From the NCBI GenBank assembly GCA_964486065.1, contig CAZAKN010000005.1, positions 60 to 64,059 on the forward strand: a stretch of DNA of 64,000 nucleotides, read 5' to 3'. The first letter of the stretch is position 1. Each line of letters begins with the position of its first letter. Shown one piece after another: positions 1 to 9,568 of this stretch. A model generated the notes under the pieces. The model made no database searches. It had not been told where the DNA came from and saw nothing but the letters and a program-made list of their open reading frames with translations. The position numbers were made by a program, and so were the translations under genes. This DNA comes from an uncultured Gammaproteobacteria bacterium (GTDB taxonomy: Bacteria; Patescibacteriota; Patescibacteriia; UBA11705; JABHMO01).

Positions 1-142
1 AATCAGCTAACAGCATATTTAATGAATTACGGCTTTTTATTATTTTTCTATAAAAATGACTTTTAAAAAGTCATTTTTATTTTCATGATTTTCAAGTTGA
101 TTTTTTGAATAAATAGTTAAATTTTTGTATAATATTAACAAA

Positions 143-151
143 TTATCCACA
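143..151 (+). promoter_or_regulatory. Perfect DnaA box (TTATCCACA) in leader of the LamG gene, just downstream of TATAAT (128-133)
   Basis: Exact 9-mer consensus; function inferred. Confidence 0.4.
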
Positions 152-164
152 TCTGGCTTTAATT

Positions 165-3100
165 ATGAAAAGCAATACTTTACTTAAATTATTTTTTATT
201 ACTTTTACGGCTTTTTTAATCGCTCCGTCTGTTTTGGCTCTTACCTGGACAACGGATTCACAAACCGACTTTAATCTGGGCAATTATCAGAATACCGCTT
301 TTTACTCTGATTCGGTTTCTCTGAAGCAATGGTCGGATACGGAAAAAGAATTACCTCACAATGAAACAACCGATGTCTGGGGAATTGACATGAGTGACAA
401 TATATTATTGATGCATATGAACGAAGCGTCCGGCACTATCTCTGATTTTTCCGGCAATGGCAATAACGGTTCATACAGCGGTTCACTGTATTCTCAAAAC
501 GGAGCTTTGAATTCTTCGCTTGGATTCAATGGCAATAATACCGGCGTAGCTTTGGGAGATTTTCAGGATTTTGATGATATCGGAACGGGAAATTTCGCCA
601 TTTGCGCCTGGGTGAAGATTCCTAACAGTGTCAGCACCGTACCCATGCGTATCGCGGAACAATACAACGGCAATCCGCCATTTAACGGTTTAACTTTTCA
701 TTATCGCCCTTCCGATAACCGACTCTTGGCTTGGACACAAAATTCCGTAGCCTGCCGAATTGAAACCACGGACTATAATCTGGATGATGATGAATGGCAT
801 CATGTTTGCTTCGGCAGAAAAAGCTCTTCCGAATTAACTCTCTACATAGATGGGGATGTAGCGCTTCATCAAACTGGCAAAACAGCCGGAGATTTGAATT
901 CCAACCATCACAATTTCGCGATCGGTTACTCTCCTCAATTCGGACAATACCTGGATGGCAATATTGATGAATTTGCCGTTTGGGCGAGAAGTGTGACTGA
1001 TCAAGAAATCTCGGATATTTATCAAAGGCAGACAAAAAAATATGGTGGCGCGAACGCGGGTGAATATTTATCTGGAATTTTCAATTCCGGAAAAAACTCA
1101 AACTGGGCGACAATTTCATGGATTACTGAAATTCCCTACGGGCAAGATTTGCCCGACAATCAAACTGCGGAAAGCGGAGCTTTTACCGAAGGTATGGATA
1201 TGACAGGCAACATCGGCTTATGGCATTTAAATGAAACTTCCGGCGCAATTGTTGATTCTTCCGGAAACAGCAATAACGGAACCGTAAACGGTGGAATCAG
1301 CTATAATCAAACCGGTAAATTCGGTACGGCCTTGGATTTCAACGGTTCCAACGGATTTATACATATCCCGCATGACAACTCGCTTAATCCGACGGATAAA
1401 ATAACCTTGTTGGCTTGGCTTAAATGGGATATAGATCCGTCGCTGGGTAACAGCTATGCTTCAATTATCAATAAATTCGCAGACAACCATTATCGCTTGC
1501 AGCATAATAATGCTAATGAAAATTTTGAGTTCGCCATAAGAACAACGCCAAACGGAGATCGGTGGGTGGACAGTACAACCATACCTCAAAAAGACAAATG
1601 GTACTTGTTGGTTGGTACTTACGACGGAGCGGATTTGAAAATCTATGTAAACGGAAACTTGGAAAATACTGCCTCGCATGGAGGTGATTTGGTAACTTCA
1701 ATCAGTGATTTGAATATTGGCAGAAGAACCGCCAATGATCGCTTTTTTAACGGTATAATTGATGAAGTGGCAATTTTTGATCGCGCGCTTTCCGAATCGG
1801 AAATTGAAAATATTTATTTAAGAGGCGTGGCGAATATCAATTTAAGCGTGCGCTCTTGCGATGACAGCTCTTGCTCCGGAGAAAGTTGGACCAATCTTGG
1901 TAACAATTTATCTTCACCTCAAAGTTTATCCGTGAGCGATAATCAATTCATGCAATACAAATTCGGATTTGATACGGATGATTATGATTTTACCGCTAAA
2001 TTGAATTCCACTTCCGTTCAATACAACGCGCCACCCGATACTCCCGTTCACAGTTCACCGCTTGACGCTTCAAGTGATAATATTTTAAATCCCATTTTAA
2101 CAAGTTCTACATACTCGGATCCTGAAACCGATACTCATATTGATACCGAATGGCAAGTGGATGATGACGCTGACTTTTCTTCCCCTTGCTGGGAACGAGT
2201 AAGTTCGGGCGCGGAAACTCAGACTACGATTAACGCGACCAACGGAACTTTCGGCAATGAATCGGTCGGCAAAACAAAATTGGAATATGAAACCGATTAT
2301 TATTGGCAAGTGCGCTACAAAGATAACGGTTCAAACAATTGGTCGAATTGGTCAACAAAAACATACTTCACCACCATCCCCGAATTTTATATTATTTCAT
2401 ATGATGCCAACGGAGCCGACAGCGGAACCGTACCGGCAAATCAAAACAAATCATATAATGTTAATATAAACATAAGAAGCAATACCGGCTCCCTTACCAA
2501 AGCCGATTCCGCTTTTAACGGTTGGAACACCGCGACCGACGGATCGGGTACTCATTATGCGGAAAACGCTATTTTCACCGTAAACGCGGACACTGTCCTG
2601 TATGCGGAATGGACAAGTGGCACCTGCCCCACAGTTGATCACGCCTTAACCTACAACTCCTATCCGACCTGTGGCGCGACTTCTTGCGCACTCGGGTATT
2701 ATTTAAGTAATGGACAATGCTATTTTGCCGGTGGTAAATCTTCTTCAAGGAAAACTTCTTCCGGTAAAGGTCATGATACATATTTTATTGAAAAATTCGG
2801 CCACCGAACTATCAATGATATCAATCAAGGCGGAATAAATATTTTGGCTTTTCCTTTTTCATCATTTGATTTCTCTTACACTTTTCCATATCACACAAAC
2901 AAACTGAACGGTGAAATAATGATTGAAGATTTGGATTATCAAAACGGAAAAGTGAAATTTAAAATCAAACCTCAAAATGAATCTTTTGAATTGAATGAAA
3001 AAGGTTTGCTTTTTGTTGACCTTGATCAAGATGGAAAATCTGATTTTGCTCTGTTTTTCAACGCCTTGGACAGCGGTATGGCTGATTTGACATTATTGCC

Positions 3101-3593
3101 CTTGAATCAATCATTGCAAAAAGAAACAATTGATAATGAAAAAGACCGGTTGCCGAGCAACGAAAGTCTGCTCAAAGAACCAAACGACCCTACGGTATTT
3201 TTAATTGAGAATAATGGTAAAAGGCCTTTTTGTAATGAACAAGCCTTTTTATCACGCGGTTATAAATGGGAAAACATTATCATTCGCTCGGATCTCACGG
3301 CTTACCCCGAAGGCGAAAGCATTTGTTATGATGAAAAAATCTCAGTTCCATTACTGACTCATTATTTATTCATGGGCATGAACGATGAACAAGTAAAATA
3401 TTTACAAGAATATTTAAATCGTAACGGCTATCTTTTGGCGGAATCCGGACCGGGATCTCCGGGACAAGAAACCTTTTATTTCGGAGCACTGACCCGCGAC
3501 GCCTTAATCAACTTTCAATCAGATAATCATATTACTCCGGCTATCGGACATCTCGGCCCGATTACCAGACATAAGATCAACAGCGTGCGTTAA
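165..3593 (+). CDS. Large secreted surface protein: two LamG/concanavalin-like domains, Ig/FN3-like region, InlB-B/Flg_new-type repeat, C-terminal peptidoglycan-binding domain
   Basis: Signal peptide; two LamG-like repeats (WHHV..LYIDG..IDEFAVW; WYLLVGTYDG..IDEVAIFDRALS); FNGWNTATDGSG repeat; C-terminal VKYLQEYLN..YFGALTRDALINFQ. Confidence 0.8.
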   Translation: MKSNTLLKLFFITFTAFLIAPSVLALTWTTDSQTDFNLGNYQNTAFYSDSVSLKQWSDTEKELPHNETTDVWGIDMSDNILLMHMNEASGTISDFSGNGNNGSYSGSLYSQNGALNSSLGFNGNNTGVALGDFQDFDDIGTGNFAICAWVKIPNSVSTVPMRIAEQYNGNPPFNGLTFHYRPSDNRLLAWTQNSVACRIETTDYNLDDDEWHHVCFGRKSSSELTLYIDGDVALHQTGKTAGDLNSNHHNFAIGYSPQFGQYLDGNIDEFAVWARSVTDQEISDIYQRQTKKYGGANAGEYLSGIFNSGKNSNWATISWITEIPYGQDLPDNQTAESGAFTEGMDMTGNIGLWHLNETSGAIVDSSGNSNNGTVNGGISYNQTGKFGTALDFNGSNGFIHIPHDNSLNPTDKITLLAWLKWDIDPSLGNSYASIINKFADNHYRLQHNNANENFEFAIRTTPNGDRWVDSTTIPQKDKWYLLVGTYDGADLKIYVNGNLENTASHGGDLVTSISDLNIGRRTANDRFFNGIIDEVAIFDRALSESEIENIYLRGVANINLSVRSCDDSSCSGESWTNLGNNLSSPQSLSVSDNQFMQYKFGFDTDDYDFTAKLNSTSVQYNAPPDTPVHSSPLDASSDNILNPILTSSTYSDPETDTHIDTEWQVDDDADFSSPCWERVSSGAETQTTINATNGTFGNESVGKTKLEYETDYYWQVRYKDNGSNNWSNWSTKTYFTTIPEFYIISYDANGADSGTVPANQNKSYNVNINIRSNTGSLTKADSAFNGWNTATDGSGTHYAENAIFTVNADTVLYAEWTSGTCPTVDHALTYNSYPTCGATSCALGYYLSNGQCYFAGGKSSSRKTSSGKGHDTYFIEKFGHRTINDINQGGINILAFPFSSFDFSYTFPYHTNKLNGEIMIEDLDYQNGKVKFKIKPQNESFELNEKGLLFVDLDQDGKSDFALFFNALDSGMADLTLLPLNQSLQKETIDNEKDRLPSNESLLKEPNDPTVFLIENNGKRPFCNEQAFLSRGYKWENIIIRSDLTAYPEGESICYDEKISVPLLTHYLFMGMNDEQVKYLQEYLNRNGYLLAESGPGSPGQETFYFGALTRDALINFQSDNHITPAIGHLGPITRHKINSVR

Positions 3594-3636
3594 TAACAAA
3601 GAGTCGCTTCATATAATCATATTTTTAACCATTTTA

Positions 3637-3672
3637 TAAAGCCCTTTACGGATTGACCGTAAAGGGCTTTTT
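3637..3672 (+). terminator. Intrinsic terminator
   Basis: AAAGCCCTTTACGG-attga-CCGTAAAGGGCTTT plus T-tract. Confidence 0.85.
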
Positions 3673-3742
3673 TAAAAATTAATTTCTTTTATCCAAATTG
3701 GGAATGATTTGCTATAATTAACAATAATATTATTATAAACTT

Positions 3743-4498
3743 ATGCAAATCAACAAATCCATAAAAATTATTTTACCGCTTATCGCGCTGACAATTTTGG
3801 TCGCTTTTTTCTTGAAATTTTTCTATCAAAAGAATCAGTCCGAACAAATTTTTGAAGCTCCACGAAAAGAAAAACCAGTCATTGAAGGCGAACAATTTAA
3901 AAACCGTTATTTGGAGGAAGCTATCACAGAGTATCTTCTCAGCGAAAAAAATTTCAGCTGGAAAACTAAAGAGGGAAGTCATAATCTTTGTGTAGTTGAA
4001 AATCTTGATCCGGAAAAAGAATTGTTTCCTTTATTTCTTTGGTCATATTGCGCGGAATATATCATGGAAAATCAAGAACTGAAAACAATCAGTGGTTCAT
4101 CAATCCCGATAAAACTTAATTATCCCAATGAATTATCATATTATGATATTAATAAATTTTCTCATGAAACGCCACGCGATGGAGCTGCTTATGCGGAAGA
4201 TGTTAAAACAATTTTTCCCGAAGATGTCCAAGAAAAAATATTTCAACACGATATTCGTCCTCTGATTGATAAAGCGGAAACTTACGCACTAACCAATATC
4301 ACCGATTGGAATTCCATCAAACAAGCGCTGACCGATTGCCAAGTAAAATTAATTATGCAAACACACAGCTTACATGTAACAGCTACATTAAAAAACGGAA
4401 CTACCATAAAAGCCAAGGAGCCGGCAATTGATGATATTTTTGAGCTTGTTAAAACACATGAAAAAAAATGCGGTAAAATTGAACTTGCCACTGAATAG
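3743..4498 (+). CDS. Hypothetical membrane-anchored protein
   Basis: 251 aa ORF, N-terminal TM, upstream TGCTATAAT. Confidence 0.7.
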   Translation: MQINKSIKIILPLIALTILVAFFLKFFYQKNQSEQIFEAPRKEKPVIEGEQFKNRYLEEAITEYLLSEKNFSWKTKEGSHNLCVVENLDPEKELFPLFLWSYCAEYIMENQELKTISGSSIPIKLNYPNELSYYDINKFSHETPRDGAAYAEDVKTIFPEDVQEKIFQHDIRPLIDKAETYALTNITDWNSIKQALTDCQVKLIMQTHSLHVTATLKNGTTIKAKEPAIDDIFELVKTHEKKCGKIELATE

Positions 4499-4537
4499 CA
4501 CACTTATAGAAATTAACAAAAAACCAATCAGCATCTT

Positions 4538-5290
4538 ATGCCCACAAGAAACATCCTATTTTATCCAAGTTTACCATGGAAATTCAGTACTATCTCCAAA
4601 ATTTTGAAAACACTTAATATTAAAATCACAAATAATCATCAACATGATTATCTGCTAGGCATACATTGGCACGACCGAACTTATACTGATTTCAACTGGC
4701 CGGAAAAAACGGAAAAACTTATCTTGAACAAAAACTGCAATAATATTTCCAAAAAACATGTTGATTTAATTCATGAAAAAATCTTGGGCTATAACAGTGA
4801 AATCAATCCTCGCGTTTATGATCGGGAATATGTCCAAAAACTTGATCTTAACGGTTTTCACTTGGGCTTTATCAGAAAACGGAAATCTCGCGCTTGGCCA
4901 CTGTTCTTTTATCAAAAAATTCCCGACAATTCAGTCGGAAATACGGTTATTGAATATCGCGTTCCCGTATTCGGCGATACCGTTCCCTTTGTTTACAAAA
5001 AAACCAAATCAATCAAAAAAAGATTAAGTTACAAAAATTTAAAAGTTGAACTGGCGTCATTTGAGGAAACCTTTAACAGTCAAGAAAGAAACTGGATTAT
5101 CGCTTTTGCCGAAGCAATGGGACTTGATTATGGAGAATTGGATATCCTACGGGACCATCCCACCAAAAAAATTTATATCATAGACGCCAACAAAACTCCT
5201 TTAACTCAGCCGAATAATTTATCAAAAAAACTGAAAAATAAAGCGATAAGTATAATGGCGGACACTTTCAAAAATGTCTTTTTGTCATAA
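4538..5290 (+). CDS. ATP-grasp-fold (RimK-like C-terminal) protein
   Basis: EYRVPVFG and LDYGELDILRD..IYIIDANKTP resemble the ATP-grasp C-lobe. Confidence 0.55.
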   Translation: MPTRNILFYPSLPWKFSTISKILKTLNIKITNNHQHDYLLGIHWHDRTYTDFNWPEKTEKLILNKNCNNISKKHVDLIHEKILGYNSEINPRVYDREYVQKLDLNGFHLGFIRKRKSRAWPLFFYQKIPDNSVGNTVIEYRVPVFGDTVPFVYKKTKSIKKRLSYKNLKVELASFEETFNSQERNWIIAFAEAMGLDYGELDILRDHPTKKIYIIDANKTPLTQPNNLSKKLKNKAISIMADTFKNVFLS

Positions 5291-5300
5291 ATAATCAAAC

Positions 5301-5338
5301 AAAAAACCCACTCGTTCGTACGGGTGGGTTTGTTTTTT
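5301..5338. terminator. Bidirectional intrinsic terminator
   Basis: AAACCCACTCGT..ACGGGTGGGTTT with A/T tracts between convergent genes. Confidence 0.8.
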
Positions 5339-5691
5339 TATAATTTGATCCCCAGTCTCTTACAATGATACCTGAAACTTCTAAAGGATATCCCCAAAAG
5401 TTTGGCTGCCGAAGTTTTGTTTCCCTCGGTCCTTTTCAGTGCTTCTTGGAAATACATTATTTTTAACTCTTCTTGAGCTTTTTCAAAATTAAGTTTTTCG
5501 CCAAGATTATTTCCAAATGAAATTGAACTTGCCCGGTAAAAGATCATCACCGTGCAAAAAACCCTTGAATTATCAGCAACACTTGCCACTTCACGATTGA
5601 TGATTTCCTTGTCGTCATTTTTCTCCAACCAATCGTTGACCGTTTTCTCAATCTCGCTAACCGACGCGCAGAAAAACTTAACTTTCTCCAT
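5338..5691 (-). CDS. Small protein with C-terminal Fis-type (HTH_8, NtrC/PilR-like) HTH; no AAA+ or receiver domain
   Basis: ALKRTEGNKTSAAKLLGISFRSFRYHCKRLGI; AGGAGG 8 nt before ATG 5691 (alternative GTG 5697); TTGACA-17-TAATAT. Confidence 0.75.
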   Translation of the reverse strand: MEKVKFFCASVSEIEKTVNDWLEKNDDKEIINREVASVADNSRVFCTVMIFYRASSISFGNNLGEKLNFEKAQEELKIMYFQEALKRTEGNKTSAAKLLGISFRSFRYHCKRLGIKL

Positions 5692-5840
5692 GATCACTTC
5701 CTCCTAATTTAAATAAAGTGCTATTTACGGTCTATAATATTAACAAAAATAACATTTCATGTCAATTCTTTTCTTTTAAAATTATTAAAAAACTTGTAAC
5801 TTTGGTATAATTTAGGTAATAAAAAATAGATACTATTATT

Positions 5841-6215
5841 ATGAAAAAAGATATTTTAGCAGTTCTCTTGGCGGGTGCGTGGATCTCTTTATCCGAATTC
5901 CTAAGAAATGAATTGCTTTTCAAAGATTATTGGATAAATCATTACAACGCACTGGGGTTAAAATTTGAAACTTTGCCGATCAACGGACTTTTCTGGACGC
6001 TGTGGAGTTTTATTTTGGCTTATGTGGTTTACAAGCTCCTGCAAAAATTTTCCATCGGTCAAACCGTGTGGCTGACTTGGCTGGGAGCGTTTGTTCTGAT
6101 GTGGATAGCGGCTTATAATCTGCAAGTTTTTTCTTGGGGATTTTTAATTTTTGATATACCTTTAAGCTTGCTGGAACTATACCTCGCAACTTTAATCATT
6201 AAAAAATTTACATAA
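5841..6215 (+). CDS. Hypothetical membrane protein (about 4 TM)
   Basis: Hydrophobic 124 aa ORF; TGGTATAAT upstream. Confidence 0.7.
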   Translation: MKKDILAVLLAGAWISLSEFLRNELLFKDYWINHYNALGLKFETLPINGLFWTLWSFILAYVVYKLLQKFSIGQTVWLTWLGAFVLMWIAAYNLQVFSWGFLIFDIPLSLLELYLATLIIKKFT

Positions 6216-6222
6216 TAATTTT

Positions 6223-6975
6223 ATGAAAAAATTTATTAGTCTATCCTTGGCCATTATTTTCTTACTGGCCGGTTGTTCTTTCGGAGGCTCGGAAAAAACG
6301 ATCAGCGTGTCTTTGGACAAACAAATTTATCAAGTAAATCCGGCCAATCCCAGCGCGTTCATGGAAGTTCAAGTGGAAAACAACAGCGGAAAAGAAATTT
6401 TCTATCACAGCCCGCGTCAAAAAAAATCCATTATTGCTCACCAAAAAAATGAGCAAGGTAAATGGATTGCCAAACCGGAATTGTTCACGGTTGATTTATT
6501 TTTAACCGGAGGAGACGCGAAAGTTTACACCATGAAAAACAATGAAACTAAAACTTTTAAAAAAAATTTAAGTGTAAGTGGTGAATTTAAATTGGAATTC
6601 ATTTATTACACAAGTGAAAAAGATTGCGCGAAGGAAAAAAATCAAAACAGTGTTTTCAGTCAACCGTTTATAATCGGTAACAGCGCTGATTTTGATAAGC
6701 AAACAATCATTGATACTTGCCACAGCAATTACTCAGCGACCAACCGGCGCGCCGAATGTTTATATATTGCAGCCAAGGATATTGCCATTACCGATCTACC
6801 CATTTCTCTGGATTTATGTAAGGAAATTGACAAAATGGAGCACAACTTTGATGGTTGCTACCAAGGCGTGGCTCTTGTTCTGAGTAATGCCGGATCACCT
6901 GAATTGGGTGAAAAAGTTTGTGAAAACTATCAAAATAAAGATCTTTATTCGGAGTGTCTCAATAAATTAAAATAA
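6223..6975 (+). CDS. Putative lipoprotein with Cys-rich helical C-terminus
   Basis: Lipobox LAGC; spaced Cys near C-terminus. Confidence 0.7.
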   Translation: MKKFISLSLAIIFLLAGCSFGGSEKTISVSLDKQIYQVNPANPSAFMEVQVENNSGKEIFYHSPRQKKSIIAHQKNEQGKWIAKPELFTVDLFLTGGDAKVYTMKNNETKTFKKNLSVSGEFKLEFIYYTSEKDCAKEKNQNSVFSQPFIIGNSADFDKQTIIDTCHSNYSATNRRAECLYIAAKDIAITDLPISLDLCKEIDKMEHNFDGCYQGVALVLSNAGSPELGEKVCENYQNKDLYSECLNKLK

Positions 6976-6976
6976 T

Positions 6977-7411
6977 ATGCGCTTCAAAAAATTGCTCCAC
7001 GGAATTATCTGGGCGATCAGCATTTTGGTTCCTATGGCGTGCCTGATTTACTGTTTGGTTTTTTCCACTGCGTGGGGCTTTGCCCTATTTTTCCGACCAT
7101 TAAACCAAGTGGTAAATGAATCAAATAAACAATCCGTCTCACAAGAGAATTGGGGTAATTTTGATTATGAAACCTACACCAAACAAGCCTTCGCGCGAAA
7201 ATATTTTGAAGAAGATTATGTTTCCGACGCGCGATTGAAAGAGAAACTTAATGAACTCTATCCGGCTGATTCCAGCAACGACGGCTTAATTGTCTATCTT
7301 CATCATTATCTTTGCCCGGAAAATAACGGCGATATATTAATAAAAACATTCGGCATCAATAAATACACGGACTTTGTTTATGTAACCGATAAATTATCCC
7401 ATGAAAAATAA
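6977..7411 (+). CDS. Hypothetical membrane-anchored protein
   Basis: N-terminal TM; 1-nt gap to upstream gene. Confidence 0.6.
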   Translation: MRFKKLLHGIIWAISILVPMACLIYCLVFSTAWGFALFFRPLNQVVNESNKQSVSQENWGNFDYETYTKQAFARKYFEEDYVSDARLKEKLNELYPADSSNDGLIVYLHHYLCPENNGDILIKTFGINKYTDFVYVTDKLSHEK

Positions 7412-7958
7412 GCGGAAATTCAAATTGAAGCATTTTATCGCTTGGCTGATCATCATCGGCGTAATTTTTGTTTTATACCGCTTGAAACCGGAATTTTTCA
7501 GTTTAATCGTAATTGAAGGGCTATTCAATGATTACAAAATTATCATGGTGCTGATATACTTATTTATTTTATCAATCCTTGGTTTATTTTTTATTCCCTC
7601 AACTCCTTTTGCCATCGCCGGAGTATTTATTTTTTCACCCGCGGAAGCTTATATTTTTAATTTAATCGGTATTGTTACTTCTTCCACCATTGTTTATTAT
7701 TTCGCCAAATATTTGGGATTGGATCAGGCTATGAAAGAAAAATATCCCAAACAAATCAAGAAAACCAAAAAGACTTTACAACATAAAGAATTACCGATTA
7801 TCGCATCTTGGAGCTTTTTCCCGATTGTGCCTACCGATCTCATGATATATGTGGCGTCCACTTTAAATATTTCTTATAGAAAATGCTTGCTCGGAGTTCT
7901 GCTGGGAGAAGGGTTGCTAAACGCGTTTTACATTTTTTCAACTTTGGGTTTGACTTAA
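7401..7958 (+). CDS. VTT/TVP38-TMEM64 (DedA superfamily) membrane protein
   Basis: FFIPSTPFAIAGVFIF..YYFAKYLG..FFPIVPTD. Confidence 0.8.
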   Translation: MKNKRKFKLKHFIAWLIIIGVIFVLYRLKPEFFSLIVIEGLFNDYKIIMVLIYLFILSILGLFFIPSTPFAIAGVFIFSPAEAYIFNLIGIVTSSTIVYYFAKYLGLDQAMKEKYPKQIKKTKKTLQHKELPIIASWSFFPIVPTDLMIYVASTLNISYRKCLLGVLLGEGLLNAFYIFSTLGLT

Positions 7959-7974
7959 AAATTGTTTCAATCAG

Positions 7975-8009
7975 AAAACTTCGCCGTAAAAGGCGAAGTT
8001 TTATTTTTT
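7975..8009. terminator. Bidirectional intrinsic terminator
   Basis: AAAACTTCGCC-gtaaaa-GGCGAAGTTTT. Confidence 0.8.
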
Positions 8010-8553
8010 AAGTGATTTTTTTTCGCGGATGAAGCGCTTGTTTCAAGGCTTCAGTTAAAACCTCCAGTTCTTGCAGGTTTTCTTGTTTAACAACTTCCAA
8101 CGATTCAATTAACCCGAAAGGTTTAACGCCCGCTAACAAAAGCAAAAAAGGTTCCAACTGCAAAATTTCTTTGTCAGACAAACGATATTTCCAAGCACTG
8201 TTTATATCCGTAGTCTGCTGAAGGAAATCTTCGCCTTCTTTTTCATAGGCCATGACAAACTGCGTAATCCAACCCAATGGTTTTTGTTTGCGGATATTGC
8301 CAACCAGCCTTTGCAAAGCCCATTGGTCGTAGTTCATAAAAATCCGCTTAGATCTATCCCAGAGCACCAACCCGTCCTTGGGGGGTAAAATAATCGTATA
8401 TTTCCCATCAACCGTATGGCTTAATTCCAAACTTTTGAAATTAAGATGCCCCATGGTATCCGAAAGATTCAAATATTGATCGTCCGCCCAAGTTCGCCTA
8501 AACAGTGTGACGAAAGCTTTCAGTTGCTTACTCATGACACTTTGATTGCTCAT
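8008..8553 (-). CDS. Orphan hypothetical protein (SD-led unit)
   Basis: GGAG 6 nt before ATG 8553 (ORF track starts at 8565); TTGACA-17-TAACAT at 8618-8590. Confidence 0.6.
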   Translation of the reverse strand: MSNQSVMSKQLKAFVTLFRRTWADDQYLNLSDTMGHLNFKSLELSHTVDGKYTIILPPKDGLVLWDRSKRIFMNYDQWALQRLVGNIRKQKPLGWITQFVMAYEKEGEDFLQQTTDINSAWKYRLSDKEILQLEPFLLLLAGVKPFGLIESLEVVKQENLQELEVLTEALKQALHPRKKIT

Positions 8554-8657
8554 GTTTTTCTCCATGTTGAAAGGACTGCTTGCGATATAATGTTAATACA
8601 CCAATTCGGCAATGTCAAAACAAAAAAAGTCGGCTCTGAGCCGACATAATTTCATGT

Positions 8658-9122
8658 TTATATTTCTTCAAGATGATGCAAGCTTTGCGAAACAATTTTC
8701 GCCAAGTCATAAGCCATACGCACGATCTGTTGAAAAGCTCTGTTGCGGACGGAAAACATTTTTGCTTCATTTTTCGTTAAAAGCAACTTTCTGAAAAAGC
8801 TTTGATCTTCATAAGGAGAAGGATAACAATAACCGATTTGCGAATCCGCTAATATAGAGATGGATTTTAACGCGTTTTTGAACGAAAGCAAATGTTCATC
8901 ATTCAACCTGGCAACCTTGCTAATCAAATCCGCATACAATTCTACGGCGGTTTGTGTATCTTCATCGTTTCCAGGTTTCGGTCCCATGCAAATCACCAAA
9001 AAACTTTTGGTGATATTTTCAATAACACGAGAATTGTGATTATTTTTCATCGCCCTGACTGTTTCTTGAAAATAATGCATTAACGCTTTTTTACGGCTTT
9101 CCAAATGATCAATGGAAGACAT
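8658..9122 (-). CDS. Orphan hypothetical protein (SD-led unit)
   Basis: GAGGTG before ATG; TTGACT promoter at 9192; terminator GTCGGCTCTGAGCCGAC with A-tract at 8622-8645. Confidence 0.6.
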   Translation of the reverse strand: MSSIDHLESRKKALMHYFQETVRAMKNNHNSRVIENITKSFLVICMGPKPGNDEDTQTAVELYADLISKVARLNDEHLLSFKNALKSISILADSQIGYCYPSPYEDQSFFRKLLLTKNEAKMFSVRNRAFQQIVRMAYDLAKIVSQSLHHLEEI

Positions 9123-9208
9123 CTTGCACCTCGCTTGTTATATAAAGAACAAACACTGATATATATTTATCATCTCCGCTAAAATAAGTCAATTAAAAAT
9201 GCCCCCCA

Positions 9209-9283
9209 TCATTTTCGGGAGGCGTTAATACTCAACTTTTGAAAAACACACCCAGCTTCCGCAAAAACTTGATTAAAAGCCAT
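9209..9283 (-). CDS. Candidate 24-aa peptide MAFNQVFAEAGCVFQKLSINASRK (or small RNA)
   Basis: TTGATA-17-TAAACT promoter (9360-9332), AAGGGG SD, hairpin 9201-9223 with T-tract. Confidence 0.35.
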   Translation of the reverse strand: MAFNQVFAEAGCVFQKLSINASRK

Positions 9284-9437
9284 GATCTGCCCCTTTGTTG
9301 AAATTAATTGATAAAAAGAACCGAATAAACAAGTTTAACTGCATAACATTGCGCTATCAAACAAAATAGCCTTTATCGCAATTTTTTAGGCTAATTATAG
9401 GTAAATATTTTTATAAAATAATTTATGAACAAGATTA

Positions 9438-9446
9438 TTATCCACA
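9438..9446 (+). promoter_or_regulatory. Perfect DnaA box upstream of the SpoIID-gene promoter
   Basis: TTATCCACA exact, about 40 nt before -35. Confidence 0.4.
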
Positions 9447-9485
9447 AATATTGAAAAATCACTATATTTATCTAAATTTACAATA

Positions 9486-9568
9486 TTGACATTTCACTAT
9501 ATATTTGATACGATATATATGTGAACGAAAAAGAGTGTTTCCCAAGCACTCTTTTTATCGTGTTCGCA
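9486..9568 (+). promoter_or_regulatory. Sigma70 promoter followed by a long 5' leader hairpin
   Basis: TTGACA-17-TACGAT; TGTGAAC..AAAAGAGTGTTT-ccc-AAGCACTCTTTT..GTTCGCA. Confidence 0.65.

Noticed and set aside
5338-9360. Integron cassette array
   Set aside because: No intI; the intergenic hairpins are ordinary terminators without conserved attC boxes; the genes have their own promoters.
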